A stretch of 64,000 nucleotides of DNA from NCBI GenBank assembly GCA_965655095.1, contig OZ296651.1, positions 56,792,001 to 56,856,000 of the forward strand, written 5' to 3'. The notes under the pieces were generated by a model. The model was not told the origin of the DNA, did not search any database, and worked only from the letters and a program-made list of their open reading frames with translations. Source of the DNA: Haplodiscus bocki. Taxonomy: Eukaryota. The position numbers and the translations under genes were made by a program. Below are positions 25,737-38,200 of this stretch, in pieces. Positions within the stretch are counted from its first letter, which is position 1; every line of letters starts with the position of its first letter.

Positions 25737-28042
25737 CATTAAATGATTCGCTGACCTAAAATAAAAGAATATCGTATATGGTGTTTTTTTACTGTTCAGC
25801 ACTTTCAACACTCAATATCTCTTGAGCCATCGAATGGATACCAACGAAATTTCGTCATTCACGAGAAAAAATATCTTACACAGATTTTTGTGCACCAAAC
25901 TCCAAGCCTCAACTTCAACCACGCGGCACGTTTGCATGAAAAGAACAAACTTGGGGGGGGGGGGGGGGAATTCTCTCACTTTTTCCACCTGTCAGAATTA
26001 AATGAGCAAATCATGTTTTTGTGATGCATATTACTCTTATTATCAAACAGGGAATGTCCCCCAGTCGGGGCCGCCAGTAAAAGCCCCAAAATAACCAGGG
26101 GCGTTGTTTTTTGGAAAACTGTGACGTTTCCGACAAAAAACTTATAAATTTGTCTTTTTCCCGATTGACTTGGAACTCTTTTATCCTAGAGGGGCAGTCA
26201 CGAAAAAAATTTCAAACGAATTTTCAAATTTTTCGAGACAAAAAGGTTGTTTTTTGGTTCCCGGAGTGTAGCCTGGTTCTAGAACTAATGAGTGGCAGAA
26301 ATTTTTTGTACCCTAACACTTTGTAGTTTTACGCGGTGAAAAAAGCTACTGTATTAATCGGGCACTTTTCTCAGTGAAACCGCCAACTTAAAACAGGCTC
26401 CCATATTTCACCAAAATATATTCCCTTAGCAGCCCGAGAAAACATCAAAGATCAAAGAGTTCCATGTTTCCCTTCGCTCTGCTGCAATATCGATCTGTTA
26501 AACCTCCTTTGTATGACTCGAATAAAAATGCCTTTCAAGACACATTAAATTCTGTTTCCAAGTTTTTCAAGAACCATGGCTGGAAGACTGAAACTCAAAG
26601 AAATTTGAAAAATTTCAGGTTCGTCAGAATTTGATGATTCAAGATATCCAATTTTTCGTGAAGCCGGAATTGATTACCCAGACTTGATACACTTTTTACA
26701 CATGGCGCTCAAATTTCATCAGTGGTTATTGAATGACATTGTTAAGAAACAAAATCCGCTAAAAACATGTCTAATAGTTTTTTCAGAAGAAACTGATTAC
26801 AAAAATTTTCAAAATTGAAATTAATATTTTATAGATTTTAAGAGGATCCTTCGAGGTTTCGTTTTTGGTTTTCCGGAGAAAATGCAACATAAAACATAAC
26901 CGCTCAAGGCGGATAGGACTTCGCCAAAATTTGAACATTTTCATTTGCGCGCTCTCACCGTTACTATGATTCATTGAATGGTCCCTCTTGCACTCCCACC
27001 AGATTTCCTCAATTTTGGAGAAAAAATCAAATGTTGCACGAAGTTTCTTTTTTCACATGAGGTCGAAAAAGCGTGTGGAGATAAACAAACACCGAGTAAC
27101 ACTATAAGAACTTCGGAAAATAAAAAATTTCTGAAGACCTAGAAATGTTTTTCAAAATTTTAAGTAGGAAAAAGTTTGTCTCGCAATGTCGAAAAAATTC
27201 GTAGGGACCACGTCGGGATTACAAAAGAATTTTGGTTTCCCAAGCCCGAAACATTCCGTACGCTGCCTTTATAGTCTTCTCAAAATATCACCAAAAATTC
27301 GATCTTCGAAAACAGCCGAAAAAATTTACAAACCGTTTTCAAAAAAATATTTAAAAATACACTAAATTGAAATCGTTATTCTGCATTTTCGTATCTCTTC
27401 AATTGCTATGTTGGCTAATTTGCACATCTGCAACCAAGAAAAAACAAACTTACTTCGAAATTGTTTCAGTTACAACACCTCGTTCAGTGCTCTCCACATG
27501 GCGAGAACGCCATATAGCAGAAAAAGTATTAGTTTCTCTAGATGCTAAAACTCGATTATCACCAAAGATAAATAGTTCAATTCTTTCAACGAGGTCTCAA
27601 ATCGGCCGCCTTTGACTAGCAGAAAGCCATATTAAAAGAGATTCAATTTAGGTCTTTTTCCGTCGGAACCTTGATAGTCCGAAAACTGCGAGAAGGGCTA
27701 TTAATACGGATGTATCTTGACACTTGAAGTCAAATTTATTAAATCTTAGCTGCTTCATTCATCCGCCGAAGCTCGAAAACAACAAAAGGGTAGGACCCAA
27801 TCCGGAGAGAACCCAATCCGACAACTAGTCATAGGAAAAAAAACGTTTCATCGATTTTTACTTGCGTGGGTCTATTCAAAAAACGAATCTTAAACTTTTC
27901 ATTCTATTCAAATCTTGAGGGGCCAGAAAAAGCTCTTAGTGATTGCTGATCTTGATATTCAAACACATAAATCCATAAACGCACCAACTTGCCCTCTTCC
28001 ATCTAGGGCTCAATCAACATCTTTCTACTTCCAAAGAACTAT

Positions 28043-31000
28043 TCAGTAGAAGAAACATAGATATTGTTCTTTCGTCTTGTTCCTTGAAGCGTCGAATGCA
28101 GAGAGCTTTGAAAAGTAAAAAAAAACTAATTCTATTAAAATAACTCGATATTACTAAAGATATTCTCCAAAAAAGTTTCAGAAAGTAACACAAACGAACA
28201 CAGATTCGAACTCAATCTTACCTTAGTTGTCACTTCATTCCATTCATTTCCTCCGAGGTACTGCATGGAAAATAAAGGCCGCTATTGCACGAATCAGTGC
28301 CGGACGGAGTCAGTTAGACCAGTAGTCATTGAGAAAAACAAATTTATTGAGCGAAAGTCAAAGCATTTTTGTTATTTCGTTACAAATCAAAACTTTTCAC
28401 AAGGAAGATTAAAAAGAGGAATTCCAAGCAACTTCAAAAAGACTATAGGCTATAAAAAAATCAATCAGCGCTGAATGGAGCCAATCTTAATAGTAAGCAT
28501 TGGGAAAACTTTTTTGAAGAAAAGTCAAAATAAACTTCTAATTTTTATTTGAAGTCAAAAATTTTTCGCCACAAAACTCAAAGACGTCAAAATTTATACT
28601 CAAAACAAACGCCATGCAGAAAAAACTTTCATAGGCTGAAGATAGACGAACTTCTTCTACTATATATCAAAAAGTTCTCCCGAGCATTACCAGTACAATG
28701 CTCATCGATTTTTCGATTACAAGTTAGGATTTTCCTGAACAAAACAACAAAATGGAGAATCCAAGCTATATCGCAGACCTTATACGTTGTGAGTAGTTGA
28801 AGGAGAGTCAAATAGACTCAATCCAGCCAATAGTCGAAAAAAAAATCAGTTTTAACGATCAATGCGACAAAAACATCGAGTTTTAAAACAAATGTTAAGA
28901 TTTTTTGCAAAAAAACTCACCACCACCAACCACAAGCAATCTATCTCCCATCTTAAATTACAGCCAAACCAATCAAGTTGAACATAACGCGCCGCACCAG
29001 CGGCATCAATTCAAAGCAAGGCATGATCAAACTCTTCCGAAGCAACGCTCCAGGATCAGGAAAAACGGGCGGAAAAAAGTCGGCTGATACAGAATCCAAA
29101 AAATGGCTCATCGCATATATTACAAAGCAGCGAAGAATGATGCGCAACACTTGCGAGACTGCCAAACTGATTCCATTCTGACCGTAAAAACACAGGCGAA
29201 GCTGGGCTTCAAAACACTGGCACCAACGGAAAACTAGCGAACAAATCGATTAAGTATAACTGATTTTTGAAAGCGTTTCGATTCAACGAAAACTACTGAT
29301 GGAAAAACTAAACAGAAATCTATTTTATCTAGTTGATTTTCTCAAAACTATTTTAAGTGTCACAGGTAAGAAATGCTGTACCAACAACTCACTTCACATT
29401 TGAGAAAAAGCGCGCACGATGGAAAACAGTCCACGTGAACAAATTTTTGTAAGCCAGAGGACATGAACAAAACCTAGACAGCATTAGAAAGTAGGCAAAA
29501 AAAGGAACTAGGAACGTATCGAAAAAAAAAATCGGAAGCCTATGTTATAGCGCTTGTGCAAGTGTGAGAAAACATCAGGGTGTCTAATTGGTACAAAAAA
29601 AGTAACACGAATCAAATTTTTCAACTTCGAAAAAAGTGGCAAGAAAAAAGTAACCACTTAGTATTAGGAAAAGAACTGCATCTTGGTCGGAAAAGGGCAG
29701 AATAACCATTATAATATCCATAAAAATTTCAAAAGTTTCCGAGGAAAAAAAACACTTTTTACGGAAGGCGCAACTGAAAACCTTTTGATTTTTAAATTTC
29801 ATAAAACAATATATCTCAGTGAAAGTTCACAACAGACAATCGATGCTATTCTGCAAGTCTTCTGGGCAACGAAACTTCGAATCAGTGCCGCATTGATGTG
29901 ATTCGATTGCTTGTCCTCAAAAAAACACGGTGAAATAAAAACTTCCTTGAATTTCTTATTGAAGTAAGGTTTCTTTTAAATAAAAAATACTTAAAATATC
30001 ATCGGTGCTCCAGAACAGAACGAAGGAGCAATTATTGAGTCAATTATGCTGAAATCAACGCTGTATAGACGCAATGCAACCAAAAAACCACTTTAACGGC
30101 CGGCGAAAGTTAAGACATCTTCGTTATTTCAAATGCAAGTCACGATTGTTCACGATAAATCAAAAGATGGACCATCCCAGCTACTTTGCAAATGCTGCAG
30201 CTAGCGAGTAGTCCAATCACGGCTAGATGGAAGCAATATGACGATAAATTTCCATATAATTCACTCATCAAGAAGGCCGTAAGTGAAAACTTCTTTGGAT
30301 TTCCAAATACAAGTCAAAATTTATCGTAGTAACAGTACGAAGAAGACCATCCGTGTAACATCGGATAAATTCGGCTGAGAAAGTAGTCACGTCAGTGCTA
30401 CATGGACCCAATTGGACACTTAGTTTCCAAAAAAGCCTTTCTAAGGGAAGGTAAATTAGGAAAATCATTAAATTTTATTCTACAACTCAAATTTGGCAAA
30501 AAAAGATCGATAATAAACATTCCCAGGTGACTAGCAGAACCTCTGGATTTGAAATTAACTTTTGAAATTAATGCAAGATGGATGCAAAAGTTTTTGGAAA
30601 ACACTCCCAAAGAGAATTTAACTAAATTTTCTGGATTCTAAAATATGAATTTACCGATTTATTCTTCATTCAGTGGAATTTGCAAGAAAGTACGACATGC
30701 GATCGAATAATTTCAACCAAGGAAGAGCTCGTGAAGAAATTCGACATTTAGGCGAGAACGCATACTTTGCCAAAAAGAACGCATACTTTGAGAGTCGGAG
30801 ACGCACAGAAAAAAAACAAATTCGTCCGCAATACACTTCGCTTTGCTCCCTCGCTCGTGTAGAACGCCGAAACGAAACACCTTTTATAACCGTTCGCACA
30901 TATGGTCAATATCAGATCTGAGTAACACAATTGAACGGGATATTCAAATTGTGTGAGAACAACACAAATTTCATAATTCGACGATTATTTTGCTTCAAGG

Positions 31001-31813
31001 AAAATTATGTCCCCGAAATTAGTTACGTGTTAAGAAGAAACTTGAATTTATTCTAGCAGAAACTAATACCCGGGCCTTTTTCCCAACTTTTTGCAGTGTG
31101 TTAAAGCCGCTACACTGGTACGGTATCGGAATGTATGATTTTAATTGTAGCGGTGAAAGAGTAGGAATACAGCATTTTCGTCAAAATGTACGGAATATAC
31201 AATTTCAGCGGCTACAACAAATGCGATCTTAGAGTTTTGAGAAAAACAAAAACTCGACCGCGGTTTCTCGGCTTTCTGAGTTTTCGGTAAGTTTGAATTA
31301 AAATGTTCCTAGTCTGTAACGTAAATTGCCCGCATCTCAAAACAGACTTCTTTCACTAGATCTACTGAAGTTTGTAAAGAATCAAGATATTTTAGTACCG
31401 ATTCCGATAGAAGCCAAAATACACGAAATATCCGGTGCACAATTTCTACGACACGAATCATTGCAGTAGTGAGTGTTAATTTCGATTTCGAATTACTTCT
31501 GATTTTTTCATGTGTTAAGCTTTCGCAGTCGAATGTTTAGTTATCAACTTGGAAAATATTTACAAGAAATACGCCAATCAACTTAATAATAAAAGAATAT
31601 ATCAAAAATCAATTTTGTAGGACATAGAAGTTGCCTAGCTTGAACCAAATCAAAACAATGGAACCGCTCACGAAAATGATGACACCATGAAGTCCATCAG
31701 ATTAAAATAGAGAAAAAATTCTCAAAAAACGTAACTTAGCAGCCACACAGTCAGGAGGCACGTACATTCGATGCTTCCTCAAAGATGTCTTCATGTGGAG
31801 AGAAACACTTCAT
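28043..31813 (-). other. Candidate exons 31840-31766, 28260-28222, 28105-28043 (small 49-aa ORF, uORF or UTR exons)
   Basis: Splice sites are good (ctctcatag|..|gtacgt; ttccatgcag|..|gtaaga; ttttcaaag|). Joined in phase 0 they read MKCFSPHEDIFEEASNYLGGNEWNEVTTKLSAFDASRNKTKEQYLCFFY*. No homology was recognised. Confidence 0.3.
29189..29570 (-). mobile_element. Helentron-type non-autonomous element, subfamily A
   Basis: ACACAGGCGAAGCTGGGCTTCAAAACACTGGCACCAACGG ... TAGCGCTTGTGCAAGTGT. Confidence 0.6.
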
Positions 31814-32175
31814 TTTTTATTGAGCATCAATTTCCAAATTCTATGAGAGGCAAGGAAAAACGGAATTTGTCGATAGTCTAAGTGACGTCAAACGGTATTA
31901 AACTTTCATGAAGGTGTTGGGGCTCCTTCCGACGCACCATTTTGTTGTTATGTTAAAATTTGTCGATTGCAGCATTAAATAAACATCAAGAACGACTTTC
32001 ATCTCAATGTGGTCGTTCAAAAACTGACATGACAGCACAAGAATCTCATTAATGAGAAAGAGGTTTTTCAAAACGAACAAAAATTCTACGAACGAACAAA
32101 AGCCCATTCTACAGCTTTCCTAAGATTAAAGATTTTCTTCCCGACACGCATTTGGAAAGAAAAGGTTGACGTGGG

Positions 32176-32550
32176 TAGAGCATGGACCAATTAATCGCTT
32201 AGCCGGTTTAAAAACTTCAACTGGTTGATGACAAGAATTTGAGCTCTCGGGGATTCGAACTCATGCACTCTGTTGACCAAAAAATACGAGAAAATTTCCC
32301 TGGCTTCAGAACACTTGCAAGAAAAGATCTACGAATTCCAATCGCAAAAGCTAATTCTGAGAGCAGCTTTGGTCATACGGCAACATAAAACCTGCGACGT
32401 GAACTTTGTTAATCTTTGATAATGAAGATGATAATTTTCGGTATAAAATTTCATGACAACACGGTATTTTTCCAATATTGAAGATTCATTCGGTTAACTG
32501 TAAAACTGACGGATTAACCGGTCAATGATTTTTAATTTGTCCATGCTCTA
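32176..32550. mobile_element. hAT-type MITE
   Basis: TIRs TAGAGCATGGACCAATT / AATTTGTCCATGCTCTA. The 8-bp flanks GACGTGGG / TACGAGGG match at 6/8, consistent with a TSD. Confidence 0.8.
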
Positions 32551-32799
32551 TACGAGGGACTTCATTTTAGAATATTTTGAAGAGTGAATTTCAATTGAAA
32601 ACCCGATCAAAAAATATAATCTACGAAAACGCAGAAAGAGAACGTTCATTACAACCAGCTGAAAAAAGCAATTATTCCAAAATCAATTGAATAAGTCCCA
32701 TTCACCTCTAACCATAAAAATCTATGTTTGTTAGAAATTACAACTTCTTTCTCGAATCTACAGAGTTAGCAGAAACAAAATTTGACATGCGCTTAAATG

Positions 32800-35157
32800 T
32801 TAATAGAAATCTGCGTTCTCTTTAAGTAGTTTGGCATCAATAAAACCGGGTCTTGAGTCATCGACTCCCCTGAATCCATCGTCAATGCCCGGCATCGCGT
32901 TTTTCTTAATACCAGTATTCTTTTTCTTCTTTTTGTTTTCTGCATGCCTGTACACTATTACTCGACTACTGGTTTTTCCTGACCGAGTGGCAGTAGCTTC
33001 ATCAACCAGGGGCAGAGCAGACTCTCTCCGCATGGCGCCGCTTATTGGCAAGGGGGGCAGTTGGAAAAAGGAATTATTGCTGACAACTGGAGGGTCAATC
33101 GAATCGTCATTTGAAGCTGGTCTGTCTACGGATGGACTTCCCGCTGAGGTGTCTCCATCGGGAGTGTAGCCCTGGTTCACCTGGAAGTTGTCATTAGGCT
33201 AAAACAGTTCGGCACAACTATTTGTCTTCGGAAAAGATATTCAAAGGATCCAGACAAGATTACCTCATAGATGCTGTTTCTATCACTTTCTCAAATTATC
33301 ACAAACCGACTTTGAACACTTTGTTACAAAAATATGACTCCTTCTGAAAATGAAGTTGCTTCTCAAGTTACAATGCAAATGTTGGTCAACTGCACAATAT
33401 TTCAATGTACTTACATTATTTTCAGCATCATCTTGCTTGCCATCGTTTTCGAGATCCTCGATGCTAACAACCCCAGCTTCAACTTCATTGCCGTTATTCT
33501 CTTCATCAATGGAAAACACCAAACTCTGTTTAGCAGAGTTCTCTCTGCTTTTAGACAGCATATCACCCACACTCCCACGAGCCGAGTTCTCTCTACTGTT
33601 CAAACCACTTCGTGGGGTTTCATCCTTATCATCTTCAAGTCGTGAAGAGTTTTTGACAGGAGACTCTATTCCACTTTTGGCCACGGAGTGTGTGGGGGTT
33701 TTTCTGGGTGAATGTGTAGCTAATACGACACCATTCACCGATTTCATTCCGCTAGGCGTGCGTGTGAAATACACTCTAAACAACAAAAGCGAGGGTCAGA
33801 CTACGCAGTATCTTAATCTGCTTCCTTTTCATGCTCTTTGTGGCAATCAATCACATTCATTTTCTTCTAGACCACTATTAGCCCATAAAAGCAATATACG
33901 ATGATTTTAGTAGCTCATTTTACTAGAAAGAGACAAGGTTTCACTTCAACAGTTTTTATTGAAAAGTATGTTTAGCTGTGGATACGATTTCTTGATTGGC
34001 ATAATCAAATTGTGCATATCGAATTCCCATGCGATCTCTAAAACCCGAACTTCGAGCCAGCTTGGTAAAATTTATTGGTGAAAAGGCAATAAAATATTCA
34101 AGCATGTTGAAATGCATCATTCAATATAAAACAAGAAAAGCAACTATTCCGCTCGCTCAAGTTTTGCAGTGCCCACAGCAACAAGCATGGTTGAGCTGCA
34201 TTTCAAAAAACTGCTGTTGAATCTGTTTCAGAGACATGCTTCAGGGAACACGTTATTGCAGAAACTGAGGCATGGTATTAATCAGCTGCCTGATTACCAC
34301 TTAGAATGCTCCAAGAGAACTTACCTGTCAGCTTCAGTACTGGAGTCCTCATCCGGGCCCAGTAACGTGCCAGTTCCGGTCCTAATGGGCGGTGGCAGTA
34401 CCACCTCAGACGCATTAGAATCTTCACGAGTAGCTCTCACTTCTGCAAAGTTGAGTGTGGTTTCCGACTCAACAGGTAGAGCCTCGCGCGGTTTATTGTT
34501 ATCCTCACCGGCACTCTTTACTCGTGATGCTTCCGTTCCTCTGAAACGCCATTGATCATACGCATACTCAAAAGCATTCACAGCTCGGTAACATGTATAG
34601 AAACAATTTAGCTTGACAATCATTACGTTTCCAGCACGCAGCATCAATAAAATTTTGGAGACGGGACTGCAAAATTGAATTTTTCTTCAACTTTAAAAAG
34701 TTTTCGCAAAAAATCCTTCCACTATTAGCACGTTAGACTTATAGCAAACCACACGTTCAATTAGATAACAAGAATTTTACCCTTCTTCGATTATCACGGA
34801 AAACAGATAACATTGATTCAAATTCGACAAGGAGTTGAGGGAGAGAAAGAACTCTGAGTTAGTATTGCTGTTCAATATTATGCAAGAACTAAAAATTAAA
34901 CACCCTTTTAATAGTTAATTTGGCACACTCAACCCCAAACAAACTTTGTTGCGCCCTTCCATGCTTCTTTAGTGGTATAATGGGTACTCATATCTTGCAA
35001 GGATTCGCAGCTTGCGCTGGTTGCGAAAATGTTGGTAGATCCCCGACTTCCCAGGTATACTATTTTGTTCCACACAAAGTTGCCAGGTGTAGATTTCGGA
35101 CGATGTGCTCGCGTAACTCTCATTCCTTCAATGTTACTTATAGCAATTTTGGGGCGG
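32800..35157 (-). CDS. Ser/Glu/Pro-rich disordered coding exons, most likely the long C-terminal cytoplasmic tail of the prominin gene (alternatively a separate gene starting at ATG 35318)
   Basis: Exons 35157-34945, 34540-34325, 33775-33415 and 33198-32800 have open frames and phase-consistent GT-AG junctions. The protein ends LLKENADFY*. The first acceptor (gcttttttccag) is phase 2, like the upstream prominin exons. Confidence 0.7.
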
Positions 35158-37869
35158 CTGGAAAAAAGCTTGAAGGAGCTACTTAGTACGTCACCAGGCT
35201 AAGGTGAAATGGAGGTACGGCCAATGAAGATCGGAATGATGGGATCATCGCTTACTTCCTCCGCGCTACGCAGAGAAGACACAGTTCCTCTAGAAAAGTT
35301 GGCACGATCCCAATTCATCCGTCAATTGTATTTGATCAGATATTGGAAAAATATACAAGAATTCTCCCCATTTCTTTCATGATATCATGAGTTGAGTTGT
35401 ATTTCACAACAGCAATCTAAACGTTTCAGAAATGTTGTATATTTTTATTGCACAGTTTACAGGAAAAATATGGGTTCCACCCAATTAAAGAAAAGGCACC
35501 CAGCTACCACCAGGATGTTTTCCGTTCCAATTTTGGTGAAAATGCCTTTTAGTTGAAACTTTATTAGAAGAAAAATTACCTTATACGAATTGTACGTTTA
35601 CCTCACATTTTTAAAAAATCTTCCAAAATTCGGTCGAAAAAAAGCTTCTCGAGGAATGTTACCGTTTTATACGCATTCTAAACCATATTTGCCAACTTTT
35701 AATGAATTTGAAAACAAACAATTTTTGCTACCTTTTGGCGGTAAAAAAAATTTCGTCAGAAATTGTACGACCTTCGTTTTTCATGTTTTCGTTCAATTGG
35801 CAAGTAAACGTGAAAACGCGCGAGATGAATGCATTTCTTAACTTCCACGTAATAAATACGGTGGAGAATAATAAAGTTAGAAAATCAACATTTCACCGAA
35901 ATATTGCTTCTCGAATGCTTCCCAATACTTAAACACAAGCTAAACGGAACATCACCACAAATTATCACTAGTCAGTTGAGATCACGGGATGAATAGTACA
36001 CATGGAAGATCCTAAAAGACATTTGAAACCAAGATCCGAGTGTAAATTTTAGAAAAAATGCACCAATTTTCAATAAAAAAGTTTGTGCCAAAAAGTCGAA
36101 TTGAGATCAGCACCCGCCACAGTGTTTTATACATCAATACTTGATCTGTCAATCAATTATTAGATTACGTCATCTTACCGCCCTATGCTAGCGCATTTTA
36201 AAAGCAAAAAAAAACAAGTACCGCATGTTCGTTAATTTTGAGGGGACACAGTTTTGCAAAATCAAAAACAACTGATCTGACTTTTGAACAAAAACGATTG
36301 CAATCTTGCAGAGAAACCGAAGTAACGTTTGCCTTTACTGTAATCAAAATCTAATATTCCAAATACAGTCTAAACTGACGTTCTTTCAAGAAACTTTTGC
36401 AGCGTACAATACCTGCCACACTATCTCGTATTCAGAAAAAAAAGACATCTTGGGCTGAGAGACCGTCGGAAATGAATTGGGATAATCATTTACAAGACTT
36501 CTGCATACAGGGTGCATGTAGCGATTACAAAATCACTCCCCCAAAAACATCGATCTCAATGTGAAATTCATGAAAAAAGATCATGTACCTTGAAATTGAC
36601 TAGGCTTTCGCACGGAAAGAACGGATTACAATTGAGAATTTAATCCTACTGAAACTTCTACCACCAAATCAACTCCTTCGCTCTCGCCCTTCAACCCCTG
36701 TATCCACGTGGGAAAAATTTCCATAATTTCAAAATTTTCATAATTTTCTGCGTTCCTACAACGTGGCAAGGCCAAAGCCCTTACAAAGATACACCACCGC
36801 ACATGAATTGGTAAATTATCACCACTTTGTGCTCCCCCCACTCTCAATATTTAGCCTATCCTCGACAACCTCGAAACTCGAAGTGGATATCTCAGATCAT
36901 AAAAAGTTTCCATAGGCTGAGAACAGCGTGATCCTTGTCCGGATACAACCACGCATTAGAATTGAAAACAAATCTTAACTTTAACTTCGTCACCTACTCC
37001 GATTACTTCGCACAACGTCCCAAACCACCGCACCCCGAGTTCAAAAAAACTCAAAACTTCGAAACCTTTTCCATTCGCTCTGTTCCCACAGCTGAGAAAA
37101 ACGACACCTTTTCCTGAATACTACCCCAGAAAAGATCTGAGAACAATCAAGTACTTCAAAATCCCTGGCGCCTACCACTACTGTCCATAACAACCCCAAG
37201 ACGTGTATCCAAGTCGGATTAATGACAAAATGTTCACGTTTTCTGCATACCGTTCGTTCCGCAGCTAGAAAAACTCCACGTCTGTGGCCGGTTATTAACC
37301 CAATTTAGAAATTCAAACTCAAAGGACTTCCATTCGTGTTTCTCGGAGCAGCTTTCCTCTTTTTCCCAATCTCTTATACCAAAAGGTAGAAAATTCCTAA
37401 CGTTTACAAGATTATTGTTATTCCGTCTATTCCATCTGCCTGGGAATTACCACACCTTAGCCCGGACATGAAACCAGTAGAATTGATAAAAAATTTTCCA
37501 ACTCAAGATTGCCCGCCACTTGAGCAACTAGGTTCATCTCTACGACGCGTTAAAATTGCAAAAAAACTTCCTTATTTCACTTCCGGCAAATTCCACTCAG
37601 AGCATCCACCCTATCCCATGTAGCTTCGAATATTTGGATTTTAAAGATTTCAAATTCTCGGTTCCCATTGCTTCGATAAAGCCTCACAATTACCTCGGAA
37701 GGGAATTGAAAACTTTTAAACACCTCAACTTCCTCTGTCCTTCTCACTACTTTCCCCATCACTCCTAATCCATGTACTCACAAACGAAAAACTTAATGTT
37801 TTCGAGATTAAGTCAGTCGCTGTGTTCCCGCTGTCTGGGAATGGACACGCCCTTGACCAGACATAAAAC

Positions 37870-38200
37870 CTTATCAAAACGTAATTTTCACCAATGGAAC
37901 ATGCCAGGCATTCTCAACACTAGGTAATACTTCTACCGGCCGCAGTACATAATTTGTATGTATTTCATGTTCACAAATTTTTACAACTCCATGCATGTTC
38001 ACCACCTGGTCTCAGCGACACAATTGATGTCATTTCAACTCGTATTAGAATCGCCATTTTTTCACCAATTCAAGTTTGCTAGAGCATCACACTACAAGGC
38101 ACTCCCTCTGAAACCACAGTAAAAGCTTGCAAACTATTTCATATTCAAGAACGTTTCTTATTCCAAGTATTCTCACTGTATGGAATGGCCGCACATTTAC
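37870..38200 (-). mobile_element. Non-LTR retrotransposon AP-endonuclease relic
   Basis: NDINCVAETRW followed by IMYCGR matches the DIIxLQETRW...IxYSG endonuclease motifs. Confidence 0.5.

Noticed and set aside
33334-33904. Long plus-strand ORFs (also 32831-33169, 15146-15544, 45586-45897)
   Set aside because: They are antisense shadows of real minus-strand exons.
35199-35318. Independent first exon MNWDRANFSRGTVSSLRSAEE plus a 57-nt intron
   Set aside because: Possible but less favoured: the stronger phase-2 acceptor at 35157 fits the prominin microexon. Kept only as an alternative start.
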